From Lama glama (Eukaryota): a DNA stretch of 64,000 nucleotides. Within the stretch, counting starts at the first letter, position 1. Each line of letters opens with the position of its first letter. The stretch is from assembly GCA_028534125.1 (NCBI GenBank), contig CM052816.1, positions 98,024,001-98,088,000 on the forward strand. The letters are read 5' to 3'. A program made the translations under genes and the position numbers. This document shows positions 21,341-33,589 of the stretch, in pieces. The notes under the pieces are model-generated. The model saw nothing but the letters and a program-made list of their open reading frames with translations, had not been told where the DNA came from and searched no databases.

Positions 21341-24300
21341 GGCATGACTGCCAGGAGACAAGAAGGAGGCTCGTCAGTGGTCATGAAGTTTGGAGGCATC
21401 CTTGAAAGACAAGAGCAGATTGAAGCAGACAGTCAGAGAAAGGGGTCCAGTGAATCCACAGCATGAAAGTTTTGCCACGAAGGCTGGAATTGTTTCAGAC
21501 TGAATGAGATAGAGAACAGGATGGGGACTCCAGACAGACACCAAGGTGATCCTGGCTGTGCCACAATGGGTGGCGTTGGAAAATGCACCCAAACGTGGGA
21601 GAAATCATGGGTGCGTCTGGAAATGCTGCGATGAGTCGGAAGCTGCTTTCCTGGATCGGTACCAGTTTACTCCTTCTGGAAGCAGATCCCTCACCCGCAA
21701 TCACGGAAGACAGGAAGTTGAGAATCTGCCCTCCCCGGGGGTGAGCAGGGACTCCTGGGCAGTCACGTATGCACAGAGAATAAACCACCACCAGACACCT
21801 GGGGGGAAGCAACCTGACCTCAGAGCTCACATCTGGGGAAGCAAAGCTAGACACAGAAAAAGTGCTTTCAAGACATGTAATGAATGTCTTCAAAAGCAAC
21901 GTGTGATGAAATTCATTCTGCTGCCTTTCAGTGGATGGCATCTCTGAACATATTTTTCTTGAATGATTGAATACGTGCATAAACGAATTATTGAAGAATG
22001 AGTATTTAAACAGGAAATGCTGTGACCTAATCAAAGCAATCCCCACCAGTGATGCTGCCCCACCAGAAACGTATGGGTGTGGTGATCCTGGTGGCGAAGT
22101 CCAGGCATTGCAGACAGGGAGGGGAGAGAGCCTCGTCTGAGTCGTCATTTTGTTGTTCTCGCAGTGTATATCGCCCCCCCCCTTTGCTTTTGAAGCAGGG
22201 GATTATATCTCAGCTTGGTAAACCTGTCCCTGAGAAATCCTACGTTCTGGGGGGGATGTGACCACACGAATGACTGGCTGATTTGTGGAAGAGATACTGC
22301 CACTGACTGCTCACCCTGGAGCGAGTCAAGACTGCTGCTTGGCAGCCAAGACCGTGCAATGCTGGGGTCTCCGAGCTCAGATGCTTTCCTGGAATTCCTG
22401 ACATAGAGTTTAAGAAAGAGTTTTATCCTAAAGTGTGTGACAAGAGCCCCTTTGACAGACAGACAAATCAGATAACAAGAGATCCCTGGCACCGAATTCT
22501 TTCAAATACACAGAAAGGGCTGGGAGCGGAGAGCAATGACTTCTTGCTTAGTTTAGAGTGACTGTGAACTGGGGAAGAAAGGTGGGAAAGGCCGCTGTCA
22601 AACACGATGCTGATTTTGATGGAACACAGAGGCCATAATTAAGGTGAAAGTCTCTTTCTGTTCCATCATGATTTTGAAATCTGATAGGATCCCAAAGTGC
22701 AAGAATGTTTGTTCAATCGAATGGAAGCAAGATATTGAGGGAGGGGAAGGGATGATGCTAGTTTGAGATGGCAAATATTCACCTCAGGAGTGAATGATAC
22801 AGCTTTTTCTACTTAATTTTTTAATTGGAAGTATAGCTGATTGACAATGTTGTACTGAATTTCCACAGCTGACTCTGAGTTGCCTGTATACCTCGGGACC
22901 CATATTCTGGTTTCATTTTGTCCTTTATCTTGTTAAAAATGTAAATTGAAATTATGAACTTTTCTGCAAGAAACTGATGTGTTTTGGACACATGGGATGT
23001 GTGAGTGGGCTGTAACATACACATGAGCAATGACGGGAAAAATCTAGAGCAAATTCACTGAAGGGACTCCTCCGGAAAACATCTAAAATGTCCCGCTTTC
23101 ATGTTTAAAAAGGTGCTATGTTTTGGTGCACGGTGATATTGTGACCATCCTTTTCCTCTTTGCCTCAGACTTGTCCTTCGATTGAAACCAGCTCTTGAGT
23201 CAACAGACAAAGCAGACTGGCCTGTTTGCTGGTGTAGGTAGGGCACGAGCAGAGGTAGGGCACTTTCCTACAGGACCATGGCCGCTGTGTCCCAGAGAGC
23301 TTCTGGGTACTTCCTGCACTGTGACACGTGCTCTCGAGGTCACTTCCTCACAGTTCCAGTGTTTTTGGTCTCAGCATACAAAGCTCAAGGGCTGTACCCT
23401 TCTGCCCAGAGGGTGGGTGACTGGTGTGTGAACACCCAGAGTGGATTAACTCCGAGAGGATGGAAGGTTTGCAAGGCCTGCTCACCTTTCCTATGTGCAA
23501 GGCAGTGGGGTATTTTCTTACCTGTCCTGTCCTGGCCCAGGCTGGTCTGTTCTATGATTTCCTTTTTTAGAAGATGCTCAATTGACTTCACTCCTTTCCA
23601 GTAGGCTTTGGTCTGCAGTGTTAAAATCCTGCCCTACATGGTCTTCTGCTGGTACAATGTAACCCGTCTCCCCATCCCACACACCATAAGATAATTTGTT
23701 TCCAAGAAACATTTTATAGGTCGGAAGGCATTATCCTGGGGTATGTCTGGAGAACTCGATAGGAAACCATCTTTTAAAGAAAGCAGATGGTCCTCTATGA
23801 CCTTGGGGGTAATTGACACTGAGTTACTCCTAAAATGCCTGGAACCCTCCATCCCTCTCCTGGGGTCTGGATGAGCCCAGAGGCCACCCCCACCCCGACC
23901 TGCCCAGGGCACCTGAGCCTGAGCAGCAGAACCACCAAAAACTTCACGCTACTCTTTGTATCCTCAGTAGCTGGGAAGGGAAAACTTGTAAGACCTCCCT
24001 CTGAATCTGTCACTTTACAGTCTCATCTTTTCTGAGAAAATATTCTATATTTTAGTGCTGCTTTTTCATCCAGGCAGCAATATTTTTCTTGAAAGGAGAT
24101 TTTATTCCAAGTGAGCCTCTGCAGAATAAAAAATTAAGCAATTTAAGAAGATAGATGTTCCTTCCTCAAAACAGATAACTTAAACAGATAAGCCATGAGT
24201 TGTGCACATATATATTTTTTTAAAGCAATTACCACCTGCCTGATAGAGAAGGGTGACTGCTGGGATTGAGGTTTATTGTGTAGCTTTATAATTAGGATGC

Positions 24301-24921
24301 CTCCGAACAGAATAATATCCTTCTCAGGATTCATGAAGAATGTTTCCTAATATTTTTCTTTTATTTTCAAACTCATTACAGAAACAACATTTGGCTTTGG
24401 AATAGAGGAATTTAGGTGGTAGAGTGTCGTGTTGCAGGGCAGAACATTTCTGCGAATCCAATTTTCGAGAGGTAGCGGAAGCACTCACGTTGAGATGTGG
24501 ATCCTTTCTGCCTGACATCAGTCATTCCACCCACATCAGGCATGTGTGGTGAACTCCCCGCATCCGAGCCCAGGGCCAGTCCTGGGCTGACAACAGGGAG
24601 GTGGCGTCCAGCCCTCATTTCCCCCCTCAGGCCCCGTTGTCCCCTCTCTTTGGCAAAGTTCCTCCTTGCCCTGGGTTTGGCCTTTCCCACACCCCCTGTT
24701 CCCTGTGCTTGAAAATGCCCCCTGCCCCTTCCCCCGCCCCAGAGGCTCGCTGCTCCCTGAGACCGCTCCGGTCACCTTCCTCGGTGACCTGTGTCCCCCG
24801 CCTCCCGCACCCTGGGGTGCCAGTTATTGGGGTCAGTTGACTTCATCCACTTGAGCACGGGGTGGGGGTAAGGACACTGCTATGCCCTCCCCCTCCCCCA
24901 AGACACACATCACAGCCTCCC

Positions 24922-25242
24922 TGTTACAGGCCCAGCCGGTCCCTCACCCCCTGCTCCACAGGTTAACGTTCTAGCTCCGGTGTCTCAGAATGCCACCGTA
25001 TCTGAGATCGGGCCTTTACAGAAGGAATGAAAGGAAAAGAGGTTATTAAGGTGGCCTTTAATTAAACTGGCGTCCATTTAAGAAGAGGAGATAAGACCCC
25101 GACCCTACGCGCAAAGGGAAGACCATGTGAAGACACAGGTGAAGGCCGCCGCCTACAAGCCAGAGGGAGAAGCCTCGGAGGAAATTTCCAGCCCCGCCGC
25201 CCCCCTGGCCTTGGACTTGCAAGCTCCGGAGCTGTGAGAACA
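24922..25242 (+). mobile_element. MLT1A/B LTR, 3'-truncated, merging into the CpG island
   Basis: gggcctttacagaagg...gaccatgtgaagacacagg...ttggacttgcaagctccggagctgtgagaa. Confidence 0.85.
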
Positions 25243-25830
25243 TGGTACTCGGCCAGGGCCGCCCCAGTGAGGGGACACCACCCCCCACCCCCACCCCCGC
25301 CCCCGGGGAAGCCTGCGGGCGCCGAGCCGGTCTGCGCGGGGCTCGCGCGTCCCCGAGCGCGGCTGCGGCTGCTGCTTCCGGCCTTCTTCTCCGGCTCGGT
25401 CGCGGAGCGCTGCGTCGCCAGGCTCGCGTTCAGGTCTGCTGGAGCACGCGTTTTATTTGTCAGGCGCCCCGACCGCAGCCCAGTGGCCTTTTAAACCTCC
25501 CCGCGGAGAGTTATCTCCCGGCCATCCATCCTGCGCCTTTCCCCACAACCCTGGGCGGACGCCCGCGCCCGGCCCGCCCGGCCCTGCAGGGCTCATCCCG
25601 GGAGGTGGTGCGGGGCGGGGGGGGGTGCTCTGGGTGGGACCCAGGGGAGCTGGGGCGGGGAGGTGGGGGTGCTGGGAGCTGCGTCCTGTAGGACCGCCTG
25701 CACCTCGGTGTTGGAGGGCACAGCCACTCTAACCGGTGCTGCTGCTTGCGCGTTCCTCCCAGCGGGTGTGGACTGCCTGCCTGTGAGCTGTGGCCTCGCC
25801 TTCGCATCTGTCCCCTCAACCCACAGGTTC
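25190..25830. promoter_or_regulatory. Orphan CpG island about 13 kb upstream of UBE2QL1
   Basis: Dense CpGs and several GGGGCGGG boxes at 25610-25660; no recognisable CDS. Confidence 0.75.
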
Positions 25831-27551
25831 TCCCTGCGAAGCCAGGGAGCCCAGCTGGTGGAGGCTGTGTCCTCAGCGGAGGGGCTGGAAGGTGGGCCGG
25901 GGGTCTTCTGTCCTCTTCTCCCCTGCCCCCTTCCCTTCCCTAAAGTGGGCAGCTGTACCCAGTGAGAGAAAACTGCTTTTCTCCACTGTCCCCTGCACTG
26001 CTAGGAATCGGTGGGTCAGGTCTGTAAGGGAAGGAGGGGGGTTGGGCAGCATGGGGGGGGAGCCTGCTGAGCTGAGGTTGACATCTGTGAGGGCTGGAGA
26101 GGCTGGCACCTGTGGGATGAGGAGGGGCTGGCACCTGTGATGGAGGGAGAGTCAGTTTCATGGGCCAGGAGTTGTTTGCTCCCCCATCTCCCGATGGATG
26201 AGCCCCCCAAACATACATAGTCCAACACCCATTTCAGAGACAGGCTCCCAGGTGGCAATGCCTAATGCAAAGGCTTCAGAGGCAGAAATCAAGGGTTCCC
26301 TTGGCCTCGGGTTAACTGCAGCGTCCCTGAGCCTTGGGTTCCAGCAGTCTTGGCTGGGCTCGGAAGTCTCCCACACGTCCCTGCCGCCCCTCCAGCCTGG
26401 GAACTTCTCCAAGCAAACGCAGAAGCAAACAACGAGCCAGCCCAGGCGTGGAACCAAAGTGAGCTATTTTTAAAAGTAATACACAAAAGCTGTGTCTGTG
26501 ACATAGAACTAGTCCTCATGCAAAATAGAAAATGCAGTCCGTCTCGTGACGATCTGCAAGCGTCACCAAGCCTGAGGTCATGGAGACACGGGAAAACTCC
26601 CTGATCAAGGGTCTGGGACTTGCTGAATTTGGTACAAGAGTAAAATTTAAAAATATTCAGATTTGGATTAATATTAAAAAACCAGTTTTCAAAATAGTGT
26701 CAAATTAGAATTATATAAATAGAGAAAGTCTTCAAATTCTACCTGAAAACATTATCCTGTCCTCAGGGATATTTCCCAGACTTGTTTATGTGTTCCTCAA
26801 CATAGCTACGCCATGGCTGGTCACTTCCTAGGCTGAATTCACCTTCCTTCCCTCCTTCCTCCCTTCCTCCCTCCATTCCTCCCTTCCTCCCTCCCTTCCT
26901 TCCAGCTAAGAATATCCAAATGTAGAAATTATCAAGGGAAGTTCTGTGACTCATTCCATCGAGTGGTCTCTGACCAGAATACCAAGCCTTTCAGATTAAT
27001 TTGACAAGCAATTGTTGATGGACTATTGAGTAAGAGATGCAGCACTAGGCCTAGTCCCAAGGTAGTTTCTGGAAAGATGTGATTGTCCTTTCTGATGTCA
27101 GTTTCAGAAGTGGTCCCCAGACAGCCTACTTTCCTGTAAGAAGGCCATTGACAATGTTTTTCATGAATTTGTATAGCATCTGTGGGGCTATGATTATCAA
27201 CTCTTAGACTTGCATCTTTCATGTTTTGGTGAAGCTTTTTCATTTGATAAACAGAGGCATTTCGGGTAAATAGGTTGCTTGATTTGGGGGCACCTTGATA
27301 AGGGTTACTTAATTTGGGGCAAATTGTTTAACTTGTGTGAAACTTAAATTTCCTCTATAATAAAATGAGGATAATACCTCCCTCCCAATGGTTATGATGA
27401 AGTCAGATATGATCAGTTTTCCAAAATTCCCAGCACACACTGGCCACTCAGTAAAGATTTGTGGACCTTCTCTTTGTGAGCTAAAAGAATCAATAATGCT
27501 CCTCTTAGGTTTATTTTCATTTCAGATGCCTAGAGCTTCACTGATTCAACT

Positions 27552-27750
27552 CAGAGGTTTTCAACTTTGGTATTATTAGCATTTAGGGCCAGTTAATTCA
27601 TTGCTGTGGGGGGGGGGGGTGCCTGTGTATTCTGGGATGTTTGGTCGCATCCTGGTCTCCACCCACTAGATGCCAAGAGTAACCCTGGGGACATTTGGTA
27701 ATGTCTGGAGACATGTTTAGTCATCACGACCGGGATTAGGGTTGCTTCCA
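27552..27750. mobile_element. MER20 hAT-Charlie element with its second half inverted
   Basis: The first half reads forward (...ccactagatgcca). The next part, ggggacatttggtaatgtctggagaca, is the reverse complement of the MER20 second half as I recall the consensus. Confidence 0.8.
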
Positions 27751-27865
27751 GAGAAATGTTTAAATGGTTTTATAAACTGTAGTTGTACCAGGCATGGTCA
27801 CCTTCATAGTGCTTGTGCATTGTCAGTGTCATTTGATTCACGATCTATGTCTGTGTGTCAACAGA

Positions 27866-27975
27866 TCCTTCCATCCTTCCATCCTTCTATCCATCCATGC
27901 ATGCATCTATCTAACCATCCATCCATACATCCATCCTTCTGTCCTTCTATTCATCCACCCATCTATCCATCCATC
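27866..27975 (+). repeat. Degenerate (ATCC)n simple repeat
   Basis: Tandem CCAT/TCCA units. Confidence 0.9.
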
Positions 27976-30696
27976 TGTCAAAGACTTTTAGAAACAACCT
28001 ATCTAAAAAGGCAAAAGGCTAAATGTGTCTTAGTCAAGTTCAGAGAGATCTTAGGGTCTCCAATATGACATATGTTTAAAGATTTTATATATAAGTATTA
28101 AATTATTATGATTAGTATGTGCTAATTAAATAGAACAGAAATAATTGTAAGTGTAGTTATATTATGTAGTGTGAAGCATGTTATATATTGAACAATACCA
28201 TTATATGTCATATACGTACACACATGTTACTATAAATGACACACTTAGAATAAGCTATGATATAGAAGAGTCATGCTATAGAATAAGGCATATGCTCCAC
28301 AGTAAATAGCACTGGGCATAGAACTTGCACAAGGAAGTTACGTAGAAGAAAGACATAGTTCCTGTTCTCAAGGACATTTTAATCCAGTGGAGCACAGCAT
28401 GTGAATTAGCACAGCACATTTTTAACAAAAAAGTAGCTTAATACAGGAACATCATTAAATATATATTTTCTTGTGAAATGAAACAGATGACTTAGTAACA
28501 AGGAAGCTGTCATTTTCCTTATGCAGACTTATTTCCCTGTGTTCTTCCAGTCGGGGTTTCATTGTGCTGAGCCTCTGTCTACCCACCTATAAAACAAATT
28601 TCTCCCTGTCATTGGGAGGTTTTGCTCGACCTCATTCCATGAGGAATCTGGGACTCCTCCGTTGGTTGGCATCACATCACTTATTCCTACTTTCCTTCAT
28701 TACTTATGCATTTTCAAAATAATTTCTCAATCTCTTGGTTTTCTGAAGGATTTTTTTTTCCTGCTGTGTAAACGTTTGAGCCCAGTGTTGTTTGTTTGAA
28801 GCTTGATAAGTAAGATGTCACATGACCAGGGTTTTTGCTGTATGAAGAATGAGAACGTGTAATCACATCTTGTGCTGCCCCCGCCGCTCACGGCCACAGA
28901 CACACAAATGGGTTAGTAGAAACTCCCTTCTACTCAGCAACTTCCATTTGCTTCCGTTTCACAAGTTGTGGCTTCTGCCTGCACTCTCCATGCTTAATTC
29001 CAGAGTCAAATTACTCCTGGTTTATTTGGGTCAAGCGGGTCTGCTGTTAGTCAATTTCGCAGGTGTGATAAACATAGCGTTCACTTTTCATAGAGAGGTG
29101 CCCTTTCCCTGTCAAATGACAGGCTTTAGCGAATCACAGTTTAATGGAAAAGTAAGCATCTTTGCATCTCAGAATCAGTGGGTCACATTTAAAGCTCTTC
29201 CTCTTAACCTGAGGAAGGCACATAGGTTTCATTCATTCATTCATTCACTCATTCATGGAACATTTGTTAAATGTGATAGACTAGGCTAGGCTTTTATAAT
29301 GAAAAGGAGAGAATAGGTAGCAATAGCTTGACTTTTGGGGTCTACAGTCTAGCTCAGCCGTCTCAGCCTGGCTACACCAGACTCACCTGGGTGGGCACGG
29401 GGGCTATCTTGGGAAAAACTGATGCCCACTCTCCCAGGCCAGTTACACAGAATCTCCTGGGTGAGGCTAAGATCGGGGAAATTTGACAGCCCCCAGGTGT
29501 CACATGTAGCAGGGTTGGACTTGCTGGCCTGGTAAGACAGGTGGTAAATGATCACCTGCTGTGCTGAGGGCTTTAGCAGAGGCGGAGCGAGCCTGGAGGA
29601 GAAAGCTTCTCAAAGGGGGTGCGGTGGGCAGGGCCTTCAATGGCCAGTGTGGCCCTGAATGGACAGGGCTATCCTCCAGGGCTGTATGCTGGCTCTGGAA
29701 CCCCCAAGGCAACTCACTGGTCACTCAGGGTCTCCACACTGAGCCTTGGTGGTGAGTCAGACACAGTCACCCTGGATGGTGCAGGGGGTCTCCCTCGGGA
29801 CTCCTGCACCCGGCGGGGACGGGGCAGTGAGACACCTGCACTGCCCAGTGACGATGGACTTGAGACGGGAATTCCACTGAGAAAAAGGGCTGCAGAGTTG
29901 GCAGTCCCCTCCTTGGCCGTTTAGAAGCTGCTTAGTGACAGAATGAGTCAGAACTCCCTCCTTCCTCTGTTTTGTCCTCCAGATTAAAACTGTTGGGCAG
30001 TGAATGACCATAATTAAAGGAGGCTGATAGAGATGTACAGGCTCCATAAAACCCACCCTTCCTAGCACGCTGTGGGGGGCAAGTGCTCCACGGCGGGCCC
30101 GGGTAGGATGGAGGAGCAGTGGTGTTGGTGACTACGCTTATGAAGGGTTTTGCCTCCTTTCCGCATGACCTTCGCTTAGTCCCTCCTTGGTCCTTGACAT
30201 GTGAGTCCACATTCATTTTTGTGGCCCACAGAACCTCTCCCCGTGAGTGCTTTTGTTTTATGGGAGAAGTGGAGCCAGGCAGATCTGCGGTGACTGGGAA
30301 AGACCTCTGATGGAGAGGCGGACGGCGGCCAGCGGGTGGTAGACGCGCGGTGTACCTGCCTGCGGGTTGGCGCCCCCCGCCGCCGCACCACCGAGGACCG
30401 GGCAGCGCTCCACCTTGTGCTGGTCTGTGCCGCCGTCCCAGGTGCACGGCCTCAAGTCACGTCCCGGCTCCTGAACAAAGCAGCTGGGCAGGCGGTGGTG
30501 GGACTGCTGTGTCCCGCCCGTAAAACTGAGGAAATCATCCATTTTCAAAGGAGGGTTTTTTGTTTTTGTTTTGGTCTAAAATGAATTCAGTGTCTTACTG
30601 CTAGCAAACTTCCTCTGATCAATTTTATTTCAATGGTCTGTGCCTCACCGCTGGACCCCGGATGCCTCCTTCAGGCAAGGTGATTGGCTGAAGGGA

Positions 30697-31443
30697 GCAG
30701 TATTACTTCCTGGAGCTGCTGTGACTGAAGTGCCACAAACTGGGCGGCTCAAAACAACAGAAATTCACTCTCTCGCGGTTCTGGAGGGCAGACGGCTGAA
30801 AGCCGGGTGTTGACAGGGCTGGGCTCCCTCTGAGGTTTTAGGAGAATCCTTCCTGGCCTCCTCTCAGCTTTTGGTGGCTCCTGGCAGTCTGTGCATGACA
30901 TTCCTGGGGTTGCAAGGACATCACTGCCTCTGTCATCCCAGGTGACCTCCCTGTGTGGTTCTGTTTTCACCCGACATGTCCTTTTCTTATAAGGACACTA
31001 CACTTTGGGTTAGGACTCACCCTCTCACCCTAATGGCTTCTTCTTTGTGTAATTACATCTATAAAACAGACTTGCAGCCATTGTAAACAATCGTATGGTT
31101 ACCAGGGGAAAGGGGGTGGGAAGGGATAAATTTGGCAGTTTGACATTTACAAATGATAACCGCTATATATAAAAATAGATAAAAAAATTTCTTCTGTAGA
31201 GCACGGGGAACAATAGTCAATATCTTGTAATAACCTTTAATGAAAAAGAATATGTAAATGAATGTATGTGTATATACGCATGACTGGGCATTGTGCTGCT
31301 GCACACCAGAACCTGCCACATGGTAATTGACTGTATTCCAATTAAAAAAAAAAGAAGCCTCTTCACAAATAAGGCCACGTTCACAGGTGCTGGGGTTAGG
31401 ACTCCAGCCATCTTCTCTGGGGACACAATTCAGCCCCTAACAG
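30697..31443 (-). mobile_element. MLT1B/C LTR interrupted by a younger L1
   Basis: ccacaaactgggcggctcaaaacaacagaaatt...ggacacaattcagcccctaaca, split at about 31060-31355. Confidence 0.88.
31061..31353 (+). mobile_element. Lineage-specific L1 3' end nested in MLT1
   Basis: tatggttaccaggggaaaggggg...caatatcttgtaataacctttaatg...poly(A). Confidence 0.9.
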
Positions 31444-31839
31444 AAGGTGAGGAAAAACAGAACAGCACGGTTGTAAGGAAGGTGGCAAACAATGAATGAA
31501 AGAGGAGAAATGAGGTGAGATGATGATGAACACAGTCAGGGTCCGGGAGGGGGCTGGTGTTATATTAATCTTCCAACCATCACGAGCCCTCTGTCCCATG
31601 AAACACATTCCAGTTTCCAAGGCAGTGACTTCCCATTTGTCAATGTGGTATTACGTCAGGGACAGAATTTAAATCGGCAGGATATGAATGTCTTGATTTG
31701 CGGGGCAAAGCACACAGCCTGTCTTCCAAGTCACCTTGTGGCTGGACTGGGAGGTGGGGGCAGGGCAGGTGACCATGACGAAACAGGTCAGAAAGAAACG
31801 ATGATGTCACCTGGAACATTGACCTCAGGCACGTGCTTC

Positions 31840-32222
31840 AGAGTCCAGAGGGCTCCACCCACATGACCCAACTACCTTCCAAAGGCCCCCCTCTCCTGAT
31901 ACCATCCCTTTGAGGATTTCAGCTTCAGCACAGGAGTTTCGGGGCAAACATCAGTCCATGGCCTGAGGTCATTAGCGTGAGCTCTGATCCAGTATGACTG
32001 GGGTCTTCATAAAAGGGGGAATCTGGACCCGGAGATAGGCATGCATGTCCTGGGGAGGAGCCTGGAGCAGGTGCTTCCCTGCTGCCTTCAGAGGGAGCAC
32101 GGCCCTGTCCACACCTTGATCCAGGACGTCTGACCTCCAGCCTGGTGAGCAATATATTTCTGCTGTTTGAGCTTCCCAGTTTTTGGTGCTTTGCCACAGC
32201 AGCCCCAGGAAGCTGAGAGACA
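31840..32222. mobile_element. Two abutting MLT1 LTR fragments in opposite orientation
   Basis: 31840-31960 is antisense MLT1A-like (ccaaaggccccc...ataccatc). 31963-32222 is sense MLT1B/C-like (gaggtcattag...cagcagccccaggaagct). Confidence 0.7.
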
Positions 32223-32992
32223 GGGGCTGGGTCATCCCAAATGCAGGGATCAGTCCACATCTGTTACCCACAGTGGGGACTGTTTCCGCAGTGCCAGCCA
32301 CAGGGTGCTCAGGGCAAGGTAAGTACCCTTCCACCACCGCCTCGGCCCTCCGGCACCGGTCAAGGTAAAGAGACCCTTTTAGCAGCTGCCTTGCTGTTTC
32401 TTTCTCTATTTTTATTAGCTCTATAGAAAGACGAGAACATACTGAAGGTTGGGAAAGCATCTGGGCGCCGCAGGGCCACTGAAAACCACCCGCAGACAGG
32501 AGTTTTGAGCACGGCTGTGACGTCACCTGCTGTGACAATGTACAATTATACGAGGCGTTACTAAATTGCAGAACGTGAAGCTGGGAACACGTGCACGAGG
32601 GTCAGCTCGGTCTCCTGCAGGTGTGATTACACGCCTTTCCATCGGCTGACCTCGGATTTAGAGGGCGAATGTCACATGGCTTTCGCCACCGTGGTTAATG
32701 TGAGACTTGTCGGAAAACATGCCAAGGTGACAGAGTCAGCGAGGTCAGAACACTCGTCTCACTCAGTGCCTAGTATTTTATTTGCACTAAAACGTGATAA
32801 GATGGCTTGTTCAATTTCGATCACTGTTGACTGGAAAGTTAATGGTTACTTATCTCCTTCCCATTGTCTCATGACTTTCTTCTGGTCTCGTGATTATTTA
32901 CATACTTCAGCTAATGATGATTGGTTTGGTTGAATGAATTTGGGGCCTGAAAACATTGTGACAACTTAGAACCTGAATCTGTGGGGAATTCA

Positions 32993-33089
32993 GGCAGGTT
33001 TCTCAGCCTCGGCACGATCGACCTCGGGGTGGGGTCGTTCTTTCGGGGGCTGCCCTGTGAGTTATAGGACGTTTAGTAGCACCCCAGTC
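32993..33089. mobile_element. MER20 fragment cut by the assembly gap
   Basis: ggtttctcagcctcggcac...ggctgccctgtgagttataggacgtttagtagcaccc. Confidence 0.8.
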
Positions 33090-33589
33090 NNNNNNNNNNN
33101 NNNNNNNNNNNNNNNNNNNNNNNNNNNNNNNNNNNNNNNNNNNNNNNNNNNNNNNNNNNNNNNNNNNNNNNNNNNNNNNNNNNNNNNNNNNNNNNNNNNN
33201 NNNNNNNNNNNNNNNNNNNNNNNNNNNNNNNNNNNNNNNNNNNNNNNNNNNNNNNNNNNNNNNNNNNNNNNNNNNNNNNNNNNNNNNNNNNNNNNNNNNN
33301 NNNNNNNNNNNNNNNNNNNNNNNNNNNNNNNNNNNNNNNNNNNNNNNNNNNNNNNNNNNNNNNNNNNNNNNNNNNNNNNNNNNNNNNNNNNNNNNNNNNN
33401 NNNNNNNNNNNNNNNNNNNNNNNNNNNNNNNNNNNNNNNNNNNNNNNNNNNNNNNNNNNNNNNNNNNNNNNNNNNNNNNNNNNNNNNNNNNNNNNNNNNN
33501 NNNNNNNNNNNNNNNNNNNNNNNNNNNNNNNNNNNNNNNNNNNNNNNNNNNNNNNNNNNNNNNNNNNNNNNNNNNNNNNNNNNNNNNNN
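33090..33589. other. Assembly gap (exactly 500 N)
   Basis: Run of N with a round length. Confidence 1.
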
